Source: Marinicella sp. (lineage in GTDB: Bacteria > Pseudomonadota > Gammaproteobacteria > Xanthomonadales > Marinicellaceae). Taken from it: a DNA stretch of 64,000 nt. Positions 30,406 to 40,812 of this stretch are shown piece by piece. Position 1 is the stretch's first letter. Each line of letters begins with the position of its first letter. The position numbers and the translations under genes are program-made. Below the pieces are notes generated by a model. That model saw only the letters and a list, made by a program, of their open reading frames with translations. It did not search any database and was not told the origin of the DNA. The stretch lies in contig OZ246001.1 of NCBI GenBank assembly GCA_965230295.1, positions 2,624,001 through 2,688,000 on the forward strand, in the 5' to 3' direction.

Positions 30406-32877
30406 ATGCGAAATCTAATTTTACTCTTGGTGCTTTTATCGTTTAATGTGAAAGCAATGGACCCATTCACGGTCAATGACATCCGGATCATAGGTGCAGA
30501 CAGAATCTCTCACGGGACCATATTTTCTTACTTGCCGATTGAAAGGGGAGATGTGGTTGATGCCGATGCCATCAGGGCGGGGATCAAAGGGGTTTTCTCG
30601 ACCGGTTATTTTCATGATGTGAAAATGCTCAAAGATGGTGATGTGCTGATCATCAAAGTTGAAGAACGACCAGCCATTGCCACCATCCGTATCAACGGTA
30701 ACAAAAGTATCAAGACCGAAGAGTTGATGTCTGGCTTGAACAGCATAGGTTTGTCTGAAGGTGAGGTGTTTGATAAGCTTGAATTGGATAAAGTGAAAAA
30801 TGAGTTGGTACAGCAGTTTTTCTCTCGAGGAAAATACAACGTTGATATCGATACCAATGTCAAAGAGCTGGACCGCAACAGGGTACTGGTTAACATCAAC
30901 ATCGATGAAGGTAAATCAGCCAAAATCAAGCACATCAAAATTGTAGGCAATACGGTATTTACTGATGAAGAGTTGATTGAAGCTTTTGAGTCTGACACCA
31001 CCAACTGGCTGTCTTGGTATTCACAGGATGATCAGTACTCAAAAGAGAAGTTAAACGGTGATTTAGAAAAGCTGAAGTCTTATTATCTGGATCGTGGTTA
31101 TGTGAATGCTGAAGTTGAGTCGGTTCAAGTGACCATCAGTAACGACAAAAAAGACATCTACATCACTGCCAACATTCAAGAAGGTGAACAATACAAATTC
31201 GGCAAACAAGAGCTGACTGGTAATTTAATTTTTGATAAGGATATTTTAGAGAAATATTTACTGACCGCAGAAAATCAAACGTTTTCACAAAATAAGATAG
31301 AGCTCACCAACAACACATTGAAAGCTGTGCTGTCTAACCGGGGTTATGCTTTTGCTGAAATTCAACCGGTGACAGAAATCAATGATGATGATAAAACTGT
31401 TGATGTGACCTTTTTCGTGATCCCTGGCAAAAAAGTTTATGTCCGCAGGATCAATTTCATTGGTAACACCAAAACCAAAGACGAGGTGTTGCGTCGAGAA
31501 ATGAGGCAATTTGAAGGTGCCTGGTTTTCACAAGCCCTGATTGATCGTTCAAAGCTCAGACTTCAACAAAAACCCTACTTTGAAGAAGTTGAAATTGAAA
31601 CCGAGCAAGTGCCTGGTACCGAAGACCAAATTGACGTTAATGTGACCGTCAAAGAACGCAACTCAGGTCAGTTTACCTTTGGTTTGGGTTATTCCCAGGT
31701 CAGTGGTTTGAATTTTTCTACCAGTGTTTCATTACAAAATTTGTTAGGTACAGGTAATACCTTGTCTGTGGCCGTCAATACCTCTGACTTTTATAAACGA
31801 TTAAACCTGCTGTACGAAAACCCCTATTTCACTGATGATGGCATTTCTTTGGGATACAGCTTGAACTTCACCAACATTGACCAAGGTGATGCAAACATTG
31901 CTCAGTACAACTCAACCAATGGTTCTTTGGGCATACAAGCCAGTTTCCCAATCACTGAGTTTGATCGCATCTATACCAATCTGGCTTATGAGCGCATTTC
32001 ATTGCGTGCCAATGAAGGCATCACCGCAGATGCCATTGTCGATGACTTACTGGATTTGGGGGGTTATGCCTATGCCTGTCAAACCATTGTCAGACCTGAT
32101 TTTGATGACGACTTACCTGAGCTAACTGGCCAGTGTTATACCGATGGTTTGATCCCACCTGCCACTGGAGTAGAAGGCGAGCTGATCGAAATTCCATTTC
32201 AATACCGCCGTTCTTTTACTTTATACAAAGCACAGGCACGTTGGGCCAGAGACAGTCGTAACAGGTACTTCAACCCAACCCGGGGTTCTTTCCACTCAAT
32301 TGGTTTTGAAGCTTCATTACCCAGCAGTACAGCAGAATTTTATAAGATCAACATCAAGGAAAATATCCTCTTTCCATTGACTGATAAACTCACATTATCA
32401 TTGCGTGGAGAAATCGGTTATGGTGATGGTTATGGCGATTCGTCAGGGTTGCCGTTCTTTGAAAACTTTTTTGCCGGTGGCGTAAGTTCAGTCAGGGGCT
32501 ATGATGACAATACCTTAGGTCCCAAGTCATTGGTTGGAGGACTGTTAGAAGAAGAAGCAGGGATTCCCACCACATCTCAATCTGGTGACCCCATTGGTGG
32601 TTCATTCAAAGTAGTTGGATCAGCAGAAGTTGTTTTCCCGACACCATTTGCTAAAGACTCCAGCAATGCAGCTCGATTGGCGTGGTTCTTTGACGTAGGT
32701 AATGTGTTTGATGATTTCGATAGTTTTGAAGCCAGAGAATTGCGTATGGCAACCGGCGTGGCTCTGAAATGGCAGGCTCCAGTAGGACCGATTGTTATTT
32801 CATACGCTTATCCGTTCAATAACGACAGCAAAGATCGAACGGAAAGGCTGCAATTTACCTTTGGTAACACATTCTGA
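30406..32877 (+). CDS. bamA: Outer membrane protein assembly factor BamA
   Basis: Five POTRA repeats, GNTKTKDEVLRRE, VRGY loop-6 motif, C-terminal QFTFGNTF. Confidence 0.97.
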   Translation: MRNLILLLVLLSFNVKAMDPFTVNDIRIIGADRISHGTIFSYLPIERGDVVDADAIRAGIKGVFSTGYFHDVKMLKDGDVLIIKVEERPAIATIRINGNKSIKTEELMSGLNSIGLSEGEVFDKLELDKVKNELVQQFFSRGKYNVDIDTNVKELDRNRVLVNINIDEGKSAKIKHIKIVGNTVFTDEELIEAFESDTTNWLSWYSQDDQYSKEKLNGDLEKLKSYYLDRGYVNAEVESVQVTISNDKKDIYITANIQEGEQYKFGKQELTGNLIFDKDILEKYLLTAENQTFSQNKIELTNNTLKAVLSNRGYAFAEIQPVTEINDDDKTVDVTFFVIPGKKVYVRRINFIGNTKTKDEVLRREMRQFEGAWFSQALIDRSKLRLQQKPYFEEVEIETEQVPGTEDQIDVNVTVKERNSGQFTFGLGYSQVSGLNFSTSVSLQNLLGTGNTLSVAVNTSDFYKRLNLLYENPYFTDDGISLGYSLNFTNIDQGDANIAQYNSTNGSLGIQASFPITEFDRIYTNLAYERISLRANEGITADAIVDDLLDLGGYAYACQTIVRPDFDDDLPELTGQCYTDGLIPPATGVEGELIEIPFQYRRSFTLYKAQARWARDSRNRYFNPTRGSFHSIGFEASLPSSTAEFYKINIKENILFPLTDKLTLSLRGEIGYGDGYGDSSGLPFFENFFAGGVSSVRGYDDNTLGPKSLVGGLLEEEAGIPTTSQSGDPIGGSFKVVGSAEVVFPTPFAKDSSNAARLAWFFDVGNVFDDFDSFEARELRMATGVALKWQAPVGPIVISYAYPFNNDSKDRTERLQFTFGNTF

Positions 32878-32881
32878 TTGT

Positions 32882-33400
32882 ATGCTAAAGACTTGGCCCA
32901 TTTTCGTTGTACTTTTTTGTTTGGCCTTTTGGTCAGAAGGGGTGCATGCTGAAGGAAAAATTGGTTATGTCGATATGAATGTGTTGATCAATCAATCGCC
33001 ACAAATTTTGGCCGCAAATCAAACTTTAACCACTGAGTTTGAGGAGCAAAACAGTCGAATTTCAGAGCAAGAGTCTGATTTACAGGCCTTAGAGGATACG
33101 ATCAGCAAAGAAGGCAATTTCATGACACCAGATAAGTTGCTGGAACTTCAAGAACGTGCCCGAATTTTAGATCGCCAAGTACGTCGCGCCAAAGAAGACC
33201 TTAAAGATGCCATCACAATCAGAAATTCTCAATTGGTTGATGATGTACAAAATCAAATCAAATCAGTGGTCGCGGAATATGCTGAAGACAATGGTTTTGA
33301 TGCCATACTCATCAACGCCATTTTATATGCCAGCGAAGAAATTGATATCACCGATGAAATCCTGCAACAACTCAGGTCAGATTATTCTTCAGGTCAATAA
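32882..33400 (+). CDS. skp: OmpH/Skp periplasmic chaperone
   Basis: Signal peptide, KIGYVD, coiled coil, DITDEIL; located between bamA and lpxD. Confidence 0.9.
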   Translation: MLKTWPIFVVLFCLAFWSEGVHAEGKIGYVDMNVLINQSPQILAANQTLTTEFEEQNSRISEQESDLQALEDTISKEGNFMTPDKLLELQERARILDRQVRRAKEDLKDAITIRNSQLVDDVQNQIKSVVAEYAEDNGFDAILINAILYASEEIDITDEILQQLRSDYSSGQ

Positions 33401-33408
33401 GGGGGTTT

Positions 33409-34434
33409 ATGAAGACCTTATCTGATTTGGCCGCATCGTTGCAATTAAGCTTCCAAGGAAATGGTGCAATAGAGTTAACATCAGTGGCAACACTGGAGCA
33501 CGCCACTTCAAACCAAATCAGCTTTCTGGCCAACCCGAGTTATAAAAAATATTTATCCGAGACGCAGGCAGGTGCGGTCATCTTAACTGCAAAAATGGCA
33601 GAACATTTTACTGGCAATGTATTGATCAGTGAAAACCCGTATGTCACATTTGCCTATGTGGCACAGCAGTTTCAAAAATCAATGGAACAGTCAAATTCAA
33701 ACACCAAAAGCATCCATACCACTGCCGCGATCGATGATGATGCTGTGGTTGCAGCAGGTGTCGGGGTTGGACCATTAACAGTGATTGGCCAAGGCGCAAG
33801 AATTGCATCTGGTACAGAAATAGCTTCTCATGTATCGATTGGCGATGACGTGAAAATTGGTCGGGATTGTGTGATCAAAGCCGGGGTAAAGATCGAGTCG
33901 GGTTGTGTGTTAGGTGATCGGGTCATCGTTCATCCAGGCGCTGTAATTGGCGCTGATGGATTTGGCCTGGCCCGAGATCACCATGGGTGGGTGAAAATAC
34001 CACAAACTGGTGTGGTTGAAATTGGTGATGATTGTGAAATTGGTGCCAACACCACGATAGATTGTGGCGCCATAGAAAACACCGTGCTGGGAAAAGATGT
34101 TCGTTTAGACAATCAAATTCAAATCGGTCACAACGTAGTGATTGGTGACCACACCGTCATTGCCGGTTGTACGGCAGTAGCGGGTTCAGCAGAAATTGGT
34201 AAAAATTGTATGATTGGTGGTGGTGTCGGAATAGTGGGTCACATTAAAATATGTGATGGGGTAACCATACAGGCCATGGCACTGGTGACACACACCATCA
34301 ATGAAGCTGGGTCATACAGTTCGGTTTCACCCTTACAACCAACCCAACTGTGGCGAAAAAATGCTGTGCGTGCCAGGCAGTTGGATAAAATTGCTCGCAA
34401 AGTCAATCAATTGGAGAAAAAAATAAATGACTGA
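33409..34434 (+). CDS. lpxD: UDP-3-O-acylglucosamine N-acyltransferase
   Basis: Hexapeptide repeats, IGADGFG, KIPQTG, DNQIQIGHNV. Confidence 0.96.
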   Translation: MKTLSDLAASLQLSFQGNGAIELTSVATLEHATSNQISFLANPSYKKYLSETQAGAVILTAKMAEHFTGNVLISENPYVTFAYVAQQFQKSMEQSNSNTKSIHTTAAIDDDAVVAAGVGVGPLTVIGQGARIASGTEIASHVSIGDDVKIGRDCVIKAGVKIESGCVLGDRVIVHPGAVIGADGFGLARDHHGWVKIPQTGVVEIGDDCEIGANTTIDCGAIENTVLGKDVRLDNQIQIGHNVVIGDHTVIAGCTAVAGSAEIGKNCMIGGGVGIVGHIKICDGVTIQAMALVTHTINEAGSYSSVSPLQPTQLWRKNAVRARQLDKIARKVNQLEKKIND

Positions 34435-34879
34435 TTTGGATAAGAACATAGGGGTCGAACAAATCATGGAGTTGATCCCTCACAGGTACCCGTTTTTATT
34501 GGTCGATAAGGTGGTTGACTATGCCGCTGGCGAATGGATTAAGGCTGTCAAAAACGTCACATTCAACGAACCACAATTTCAAGGTCATTTTCCAGGTCAT
34601 CCAGTGATGCCGGGCGTGATGTTGATTGAAGCCATGGCACAAGCCGCAGGAGTTTTGACCCAACTTTCCCGCGATGGTTTAGCCCATGATGCTTTGTTTT
34701 ATCTGGTTAAAGTAGACAATGCGAAGTTCAGTCAAATTGTGGTGCCAGGTGACCAACTTGTTTTTGAATGCAAGATTAAGAAAATCATTAAAAACATGAC
34801 TTTATACCAATGTAAAGCCACTGTAGAAGGAAAAGTGGTCGCCAAAGCCGATCTGTTATGTGCCGAGAAGAGCAAATGA
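34427..34879 (+). CDS. fabZ: 3-hydroxyacyl-ACP dehydratase
   Basis: PHRYPFLLVD, FQGHFPGHPVMPGVMLIEAMAQ. Confidence 0.97.
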   Translation: MTDLDKNIGVEQIMELIPHRYPFLLVDKVVDYAAGEWIKAVKNVTFNEPQFQGHFPGHPVMPGVMLIEAMAQAAGVLTQLSRDGLAHDALFYLVKVDNAKFSQIVVPGDQLVFECKIKKIIKNMTLYQCKATVEGKVVAKADLLCAEKSK

Positions 34880-35646
34880 TTCACCCCACCGCAATCATTG
34901 ATCCGAAAGCTGACATTGGCAACAATGTAACCATTGGTCCTTACTGTATCGTTCAAGCTGATACGGTCATTGGTGATGGTTGTGAACTTAAATCGCATGT
35001 GGTGGTGGCCAACCACACCACCATTGGTAAAGGCAATAAAATATACCCGTTTGCATCAATTGGTGAAGATCCGCAAGACAAAAAATTTGCAGATGAACCC
35101 ACCCGGTTGGTGATTGGTGATAACAACACCATCCGTGAATATGTGACCATCAACAGAGGTACCGTTGATGACGACGGCATCACCCAAGTTGGTGATGAGA
35201 ACTGGATCATGGCTTATGTCCATATTGCCCATGATTGTATCTTAGGTAACCACACCATTTTGGCCAACTGCAGTTCATTGGCAGGTCATGTACATGTTGG
35301 AGACCATGCGATCCTGGGAGGATTTACCAAGCTGCATCAATTTTGTCGAGTGGGTGCTCATGCATTTTCAGCCATGGACTCCGGTTTCCAAAAAGATTGC
35401 CCGCCATTTGTTATGGCACAAGGCAATCCTGCCAAACCCAGAGCCATTAATTTTGAAGGTTTGAAACGTCGTGGATTTGGTAAAGAGCGCATTGCTATGA
35501 TCAAGGCAGCCTATCGTGCGCTCTATAAATCGGATTTAAAACTAGAGCATGCCATCAATGAACTTGAACAGATGGCCAAAGAATCAGATGATGTGAAAAT
35601 CATGGTTGAATTTATTCAAAATTCTTCCAGAAGTATCATTCGCTGA
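34876..35646 (+). CDS. lpxA: UDP-N-acetylglucosamine acyltransferase
   Basis: MIHPTAII, PQDKK, IREYVTINRGT, HIAHDC, HQF. Confidence 0.97.
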   Translation: MIHPTAIIDPKADIGNNVTIGPYCIVQADTVIGDGCELKSHVVVANHTTIGKGNKIYPFASIGEDPQDKKFADEPTRLVIGDNNTIREYVTINRGTVDDDGITQVGDENWIMAYVHIAHDCILGNHTILANCSSLAGHVHVGDHAILGGFTKLHQFCRVGAHAFSAMDSGFQKDCPPFVMAQGNPAKPRAINFEGLKRRGFGKERIAMIKAAYRALYKSDLKLEHAINELEQMAKESDDVKIMVEFIQNSSRSIIR

Positions 35647-36788
35647 TGTCTCCAAAGCCCTATAAAATTGCGTTGGTTGCCGGCGAAGCTTCCAGTGATT
35701 TGATTGGGGCAGATCTCATCAATGGTTTGTACGAGTTGAATCCTTCGATTGAAGTCCTGGCTGTAGGTGGTCATAAAATAAAAGCCACGCCAGCTCAATT
35801 GTTGCTAGAAAATGAAGTATTTTCAGTGATGGGCTTGACCGAAGTTTTGAAAGATTTGCCACGGATCCTCAAAGTTAAGAAGCAGTTGATTAAAGACATT
35901 CTGAACTTCAAACCAGATGTGTTTATAGGTGTTGATTCACCGGATTTAAACTTTTCTATCGCCAAAGACATGAAAAAACAAGACATCCCAGTGATTCATT
36001 ATGTCAGTCCTTCAGTTTGGGCTTGGCGACCCAAAAGGCTGTTTAAAATGGAACAATTCATAGATGGCTTGTTGACCTTATTTCCCTTCGAAGTTGATAT
36101 TTATCAGGACACCCGAATCCAGGCCAGCTTTGTTGGACATCCCTTGGCCCAATCAATACCTGTCGAAGTGGATAAACAGGCTGTTAAACAACAGCTAAGT
36201 GATGGTGATAAAAAAGTATTGGCCATGTTACCAGGGAGCCGAAACAGAGAGATCAAGCAATTGATGCCGGTTTTTGCCAACACCATTAAACAATTAAATC
36301 TGGGTAGTGAATGGCAAGTCATGAGCAGCAATGTATCGGCAGAAAAAATAGAACTGGTACAATTACTGGCCGCTGAGCATGACTTAGAAATAAAGTGGGT
36401 TGATGACACTTCCACTTTATTGCAGGCAGCTGATTTCGCATTGCTGGGTTCAGGGACGGTCGCTTTGGAAGCCATGTTGTGTAAAACCCCCATGGTGGTG
36501 ACCTATCAAATCTCAAAGTTAACTTGGTTCATAGTCAATACCTTCAAGATGATGCAATTGCCTTATTATTCATTACCCAATGTGTTACATGGAGATTTTT
36601 TAGTTCCAGAAGTGATGCAGAACGATTTAACGGTGAACAATTTATCGGCAGCCTGTTGGAAAGTGATCAATGACCCCAATCAGTCTGACCTGATCCATCG
36701 ATTTGTTGAGATCCATAGACAACTGTTACCTGCACAACCCAATCAAGCGGCTTCTGTTGTCATGAATTACCTGGAGGTATCATGTTAG
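35646..36788 (+). CDS. lpxB: Lipid-A-disaccharide synthase
   Basis: AGEASSD, VMGLTEVL, HYVSPSVWAWR, FVGHPLA, LPGSR, SGT. Confidence 0.96.
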   Translation: MSPKPYKIALVAGEASSDLIGADLINGLYELNPSIEVLAVGGHKIKATPAQLLLENEVFSVMGLTEVLKDLPRILKVKKQLIKDILNFKPDVFIGVDSPDLNFSIAKDMKKQDIPVIHYVSPSVWAWRPKRLFKMEQFIDGLLTLFPFEVDIYQDTRIQASFVGHPLAQSIPVEVDKQAVKQQLSDGDKKVLAMLPGSRNREIKQLMPVFANTIKQLNLGSEWQVMSSNVSAEKIELVQLLAAEHDLEIKWVDDTSTLLQAADFALLGSGTVALEAMLCKTPMVVTYQISKLTWFIVNTFKMMQLPYYSLPNVLHGDFLVPEVMQNDLTVNNLSAACWKVINDPNQSDLIHRFVEIHRQLLPAQPNQAASVVMNYLEVSC

Positions 36789-37348
36789 TGGCGGGTGTCG
36801 ATGAGGCTGGCAGGGGGCCATTGGCCGGCCCTGTGACGGTGTCGGCAGTGATCTTATCTAAACCCATAGAAGGCTTGGATGATTCTAAAAAGCTTTCTGA
36901 AAAAAAGCGATTGGCTTTGGTGAATGTCATCAAGGCAGAAGCACTGGCTTGGTCAGTGGTACACATCAATGTCGATAAGATTGATCAAATCAACATCTTT
37001 CAAGCCACCATGTTGGGGATGATAAATGCCGTAGCTGATTTGACCATCCGGCCTGAAAAAATACAGGTGGATGGCAACAAAACGCCTGATTTTGGTATTG
37101 AAGCCGAAGCGATTGTGGGCGGTGATGGTAAAGTTCCAGCCATCAGTGCTGCTTCGATCCTGGCCAAAAGTGCCAGAGATCAATTGATGGTGAGTTTAGA
37201 TGTCGATTACCCGCATTACGGTTTTGCACAACACAAAGGTTATGGCACCAAACAACATGTCGCAGCCATCCATGAGCATGGTCCATGCCTGCACCATCGC
37301 AAGAGTTTTTCACCGGTACGTGACCTGTTGCAAAAGGAGTTGTTTTGA
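36782..37348 (+). CDS. rnhB: Ribonuclease HII
   Basis: GVDEAGRGPLAGPV, DSKKL, AASILAK, HKGYGT. Confidence 0.97.
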   Translation: MLVAGVDEAGRGPLAGPVTVSAVILSKPIEGLDDSKKLSEKKRLALVNVIKAEALAWSVVHINVDKIDQINIFQATMLGMINAVADLTIRPEKIQVDGNKTPDFGIEAEAIVGGDGKVPAISAASILAKSARDQLMVSLDVDYPHYGFAQHKGYGTKQHVAAIHEHGPCLHHRKSFSPVRDLLQKELF

Positions 37349-40300
37349 CTGTGAATCATCCTTTCATTCATCTGAATGTACACACTGAATTTGCCATTGT
37401 GGATTCAACCATAAGAATTCCGCAACTGATTGATAAAATCAAATCATTGAACATGCCTGCTGTGGCCATCACAGACATGAACAATGTGTTTGCCACCATC
37501 AAGTTTTTTAACACGGCTAAAAAAGCCGGCATCAAGCCCATCATAGGGGCGGACGTCTGGGTCTCATCAGCAGATGACCCTGATCAGGTGTTTGAAGTGA
37601 CTTTACTGTGTCAAAACCGGGCCGGTTATTTGAACTTGAGCCAAATCATTTCACATGCTCAATACCAACGCAATGCCAAACACCAGCCTTGTGTTACTCA
37701 AGAATATATATTCAATCATCATGAAGGGTTGATTGTATTGGCTGACAGCCTATTCAGTGATTTTGGGCGACACATTGCTGATCAAAAATTAGAGCTGGCC
37801 GCTGAAGTGATGTCACAATGGCAAGGGGTGTTCACTGATCGTTATTATGTGGCCATCGCCGAAATCAACCGACCCAATGAAAAACAAATCAATTCTGCGG
37901 CCATCTATATGGCAGCTCATCAGAACATCCCAATGGTTGCCTCTGGCCGTTGTCGATTTTTAGATGCTGATGATTTCAATGCCCACGAAGCGAGGATTTG
38001 CATCAATCGTGGCAATGTATTGGCAGACCCCAAGCGACCCAAAGAATACACCGATGAGCAATATGTAAAGTCAGCTGAATCGATGTCAAAACTGTTTAAT
38101 CAGTTTCCAAGCCTGATTGAAAACAGTTATGCCATCGCTCAACGGTGTACTTTGGACTTTAACTTCAAGGACTATTACCTGCCTGATTTTCCGATTCCGG
38201 AAGGCCTGACCATTGACAGTTACTTTGCTCAATTATGTCGTGAAAATCTACAAGAATTTTTAACCAGCAATGGCCCTGATCCAGCGTATTCAGAACAAGA
38301 TTACCACGACCGGCTTGACCATGAGATCAAAGTCATTTTGGATATGGGTTTCCCAGGATACTTCTTGATCGTTTCGGATTTCATCAGGTGGTCCAAGGAC
38401 AACAAAATCCCTGTGGGACCAGGGCGTGGATCAGGTGCGGGTTCCTTGGTCGCTTACGTGTTGAAAATCACTGACCTGGATCCACTCAAATATGAATTGC
38501 TGTTTGAGCGGTTCTTAAATCCAGAGCGGATCTCAATGCCTGACTTCGATGTTGATTTTTGCATGGATCGGCGTGATGAAGTGATTGCCTATGTGGCCGA
38601 TAAATACGGTAAAGAAAAAGTCAGCCAAATCATCACCTATGGGTCAATGAATGCCAAAGCAGTGATCAGGGATGCTGGTCGGGTTTTGGGTTACCCGTAT
38701 CCTGTGGTTGATGGCATAGCCAAATTGATCCCCAATGATTTGGGAATCACCTTGACGGAATCATTGAAAAAAGCACCTGATCTGGCCCAACTATATGATG
38801 AGGATGACGAAGCTCAGGAAGTGATTGATTTGTCATTGAAATTAGAAGGCCTGAAAAGAAATGTCGGAAAGCATGCGGGAGGTGTGGTGATTGCTCCCAG
38901 TGCAATCAGTGATTTCTGCCCCGTTTATGTGGAGGAAAACTCCCAATCTGTGGTATCGCAATTTGACAAAGACGATGTGGAATCCATTGGTTTGGTTAAG
39001 TTTGACTTTTTGGGCTTGCGTACCTTAACCATCATTGATTGGGCCTTGCAGTCGATTGAAAAAGAAACAGGCCAAGCTTTGGCCATCGATGCCATTCCAT
39101 TGGATGATAAAAAGACCTTTGCTTTGCTGCGCTCAGCCAAAACCACTTCGGTTTTCCAGTTGGAATCTTCAGGGATGCAAGGTTTGATTGGTCGATTGAG
39201 ACCAGACAGTTTTGAAGACATCATCGCTTTGGTGGCTTTGTATCGACCTGGACCATTGGATTCGGGTATGGTGGACACCTATGTTAAATGTAAGCATGGT
39301 TTGGAAACACCCAACTACTTACACGACACTCTGACAGACATCCTGCGACCAACCTACGGTGTGATCTTGTATCAAGAGCAAGTGATGCAAATTGCCCAAG
39401 TGTTGTCCGGTTTTACCCTGGGTGGTGCCGATATTTTGCGTAAAGCCATGGGTAAAAAGATCCATGAAGTGATGGCACAGCAAAAACAAATTTTCATTGA
39501 CGGGGCTGTGGAGCGTGGGGTTGATGCTGGATTGGCTGCAGAAATATTTTCTAACATAGAAACTTTTGCCGGTTATGGTTTTAACAAATCTCACTCAGCT
39601 GCTTATGCCTTGGTTTCTTATCAAACGGCCTATCTCAAAGCACATTATCCGGTTCATTTTATGGCCGCAGTGTTGTCTGCAGACTTGGACAATACAGACA
39701 AAGTGGTTAACCAGTTGTATGACATCAGAAGTTTTAAAATCAATGTCAGAATGCCTGATATCAACGAATCGGTGTATAAATTCAAAGCCAAAGAGGGTGA
39801 CATCATCTATGGAATGGGTGCCATCAAAGGCGTTGGAGAAGGCGCCATTGAAGAAATAGTCAATGCCAGAGAACAAAATGGTCCATTTGTTTCATTCCAG
39901 GATTTATGTACCCGTGTCAGCCTCAGAAAGGTCAATAAGCGAACATTAGAAGCCTTGATTCGTGCTGGTGCATTTGATCAACTGCACCCCAATCGCAGAC
40001 AACTGCTTGATGGTATGGAACAAGTGGTCAAAGCCGCTGACCAAATACACAAAGACCGTGATTCAGGGCAGTTTGATTTATTTGGCAATGCAGGTGGCAA
40101 CTCATCCTACCAATCTGTCCAGTTACCTGAAGTCAATGAAGACCCGACTTTAGAACGCTTATTGGCTGAAAAGACAGTTACTGGTACGTTTTTGAGTGAC
40201 CATCCATTGCGACTGGCCAGTCAATGCCTGAATCATGTCACCACTTTTGAGCTGGCTAAGTTCACCGAAATGAACATCAAAAATGCCAAACCCAAGGATT

Positions 40301-40806
40301 TCAGGGTGTTGGGTTTTGTGACCGGAGTCAGACCTGGTTTTAGGGGGAAAATGAAAGTCAGCATCATTGATCAGTCTGGCGGTTTTGAATTCAGCTTGAG
40401 TGAACAATTCTACTATGAATACCAAGCCATGCTGGAAACCAACAGCATGATATTGGTCGAGGGTACTGCCGGAATGAAGTCATTCAAAGGCAAAGATGGT
40501 AAACCCGATAATGAAATCTTTGTGACTACAGTCAGCAACTTGTACAGCGTGGATGAAGCCGTGGCATTGTATTGTGATCGCATTTGTTTTGTCAGTTTGG
40601 AGAACAGCCAACAACTGTCCCATGACATCAATGAATTACTGGCATCACACGGCAAGGGCAAGGCTCAATTATATGTGCACTACAAGAAGGCTGGTCAAAA
40701 GGTTAATCTTAAACTGTCCGAACAGCATAAAATCAGGCCATCGTACGCCTTGTTATTAGATGCGCTGAACAAACCTTCAATTCAACAAATTCTAACCAAA
40801 AATTAA
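37345..40806 (+). CDS. dnaE: DNA polymerase III alpha subunit
   Basis: PHP domain, VGPGRGSGAGS, FERFLNPERISMPDFDVDF, KFDFLGL, YGFNKSH; no intein visible. Confidence 0.98.
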   Translation: MTVNHPFIHLNVHTEFAIVDSTIRIPQLIDKIKSLNMPAVAITDMNNVFATIKFFNTAKKAGIKPIIGADVWVSSADDPDQVFEVTLLCQNRAGYLNLSQIISHAQYQRNAKHQPCVTQEYIFNHHEGLIVLADSLFSDFGRHIADQKLELAAEVMSQWQGVFTDRYYVAIAEINRPNEKQINSAAIYMAAHQNIPMVASGRCRFLDADDFNAHEARICINRGNVLADPKRPKEYTDEQYVKSAESMSKLFNQFPSLIENSYAIAQRCTLDFNFKDYYLPDFPIPEGLTIDSYFAQLCRENLQEFLTSNGPDPAYSEQDYHDRLDHEIKVILDMGFPGYFLIVSDFIRWSKDNKIPVGPGRGSGAGSLVAYVLKITDLDPLKYELLFERFLNPERISMPDFDVDFCMDRRDEVIAYVADKYGKEKVSQIITYGSMNAKAVIRDAGRVLGYPYPVVDGIAKLIPNDLGITLTESLKKAPDLAQLYDEDDEAQEVIDLSLKLEGLKRNVGKHAGGVVIAPSAISDFCPVYVEENSQSVVSQFDKDDVESIGLVKFDFLGLRTLTIIDWALQSIEKETGQALAIDAIPLDDKKTFALLRSAKTTSVFQLESSGMQGLIGRLRPDSFEDIIALVALYRPGPLDSGMVDTYVKCKHGLETPNYLHDTLTDILRPTYGVILYQEQVMQIAQVLSGFTLGGADILRKAMGKKIHEVMAQQKQIFIDGAVERGVDAGLAAEIFSNIETFAGYGFNKSHSAAYALVSYQTAYLKAHYPVHFMAAVLSADLDNTDKVVNQLYDIRSFKINVRMPDINESVYKFKAKEGDIIYGMGAIKGVGEGAIEEIVNAREQNGPFVSFQDLCTRVSLRKVNKRTLEALIRAGAFDQLHPNRRQLLDGMEQVVKAADQIHKDRDSGQFDLFGNAGGNSSYQSVQLPEVNEDPTLERLLAEKTVTGTFLSDHPLRLASQCLNHVTTFELAKFTEMNIKNAKPKDFRVLGFVTGVRPGFRGKMKVSIIDQSGGFEFSLSEQFYYEYQAMLETNSMILVEGTAGMKSFKGKDGKPDNEIFVTTVSNLYSVDEAVALYCDRICFVSLENSQQLSHDINELLASHGKGKAQLYVHYKKAGQKVNLKLSEQHKIRPSYALLLDALNKPSIQQILTKN

Positions 40807-40812
40807 ACACGC

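Noticed and set aside
37345-40806. Intein or split in dnaE
   Set aside because: Length (1153 aa) and motif spacing are those of an ordinary DnaE1.
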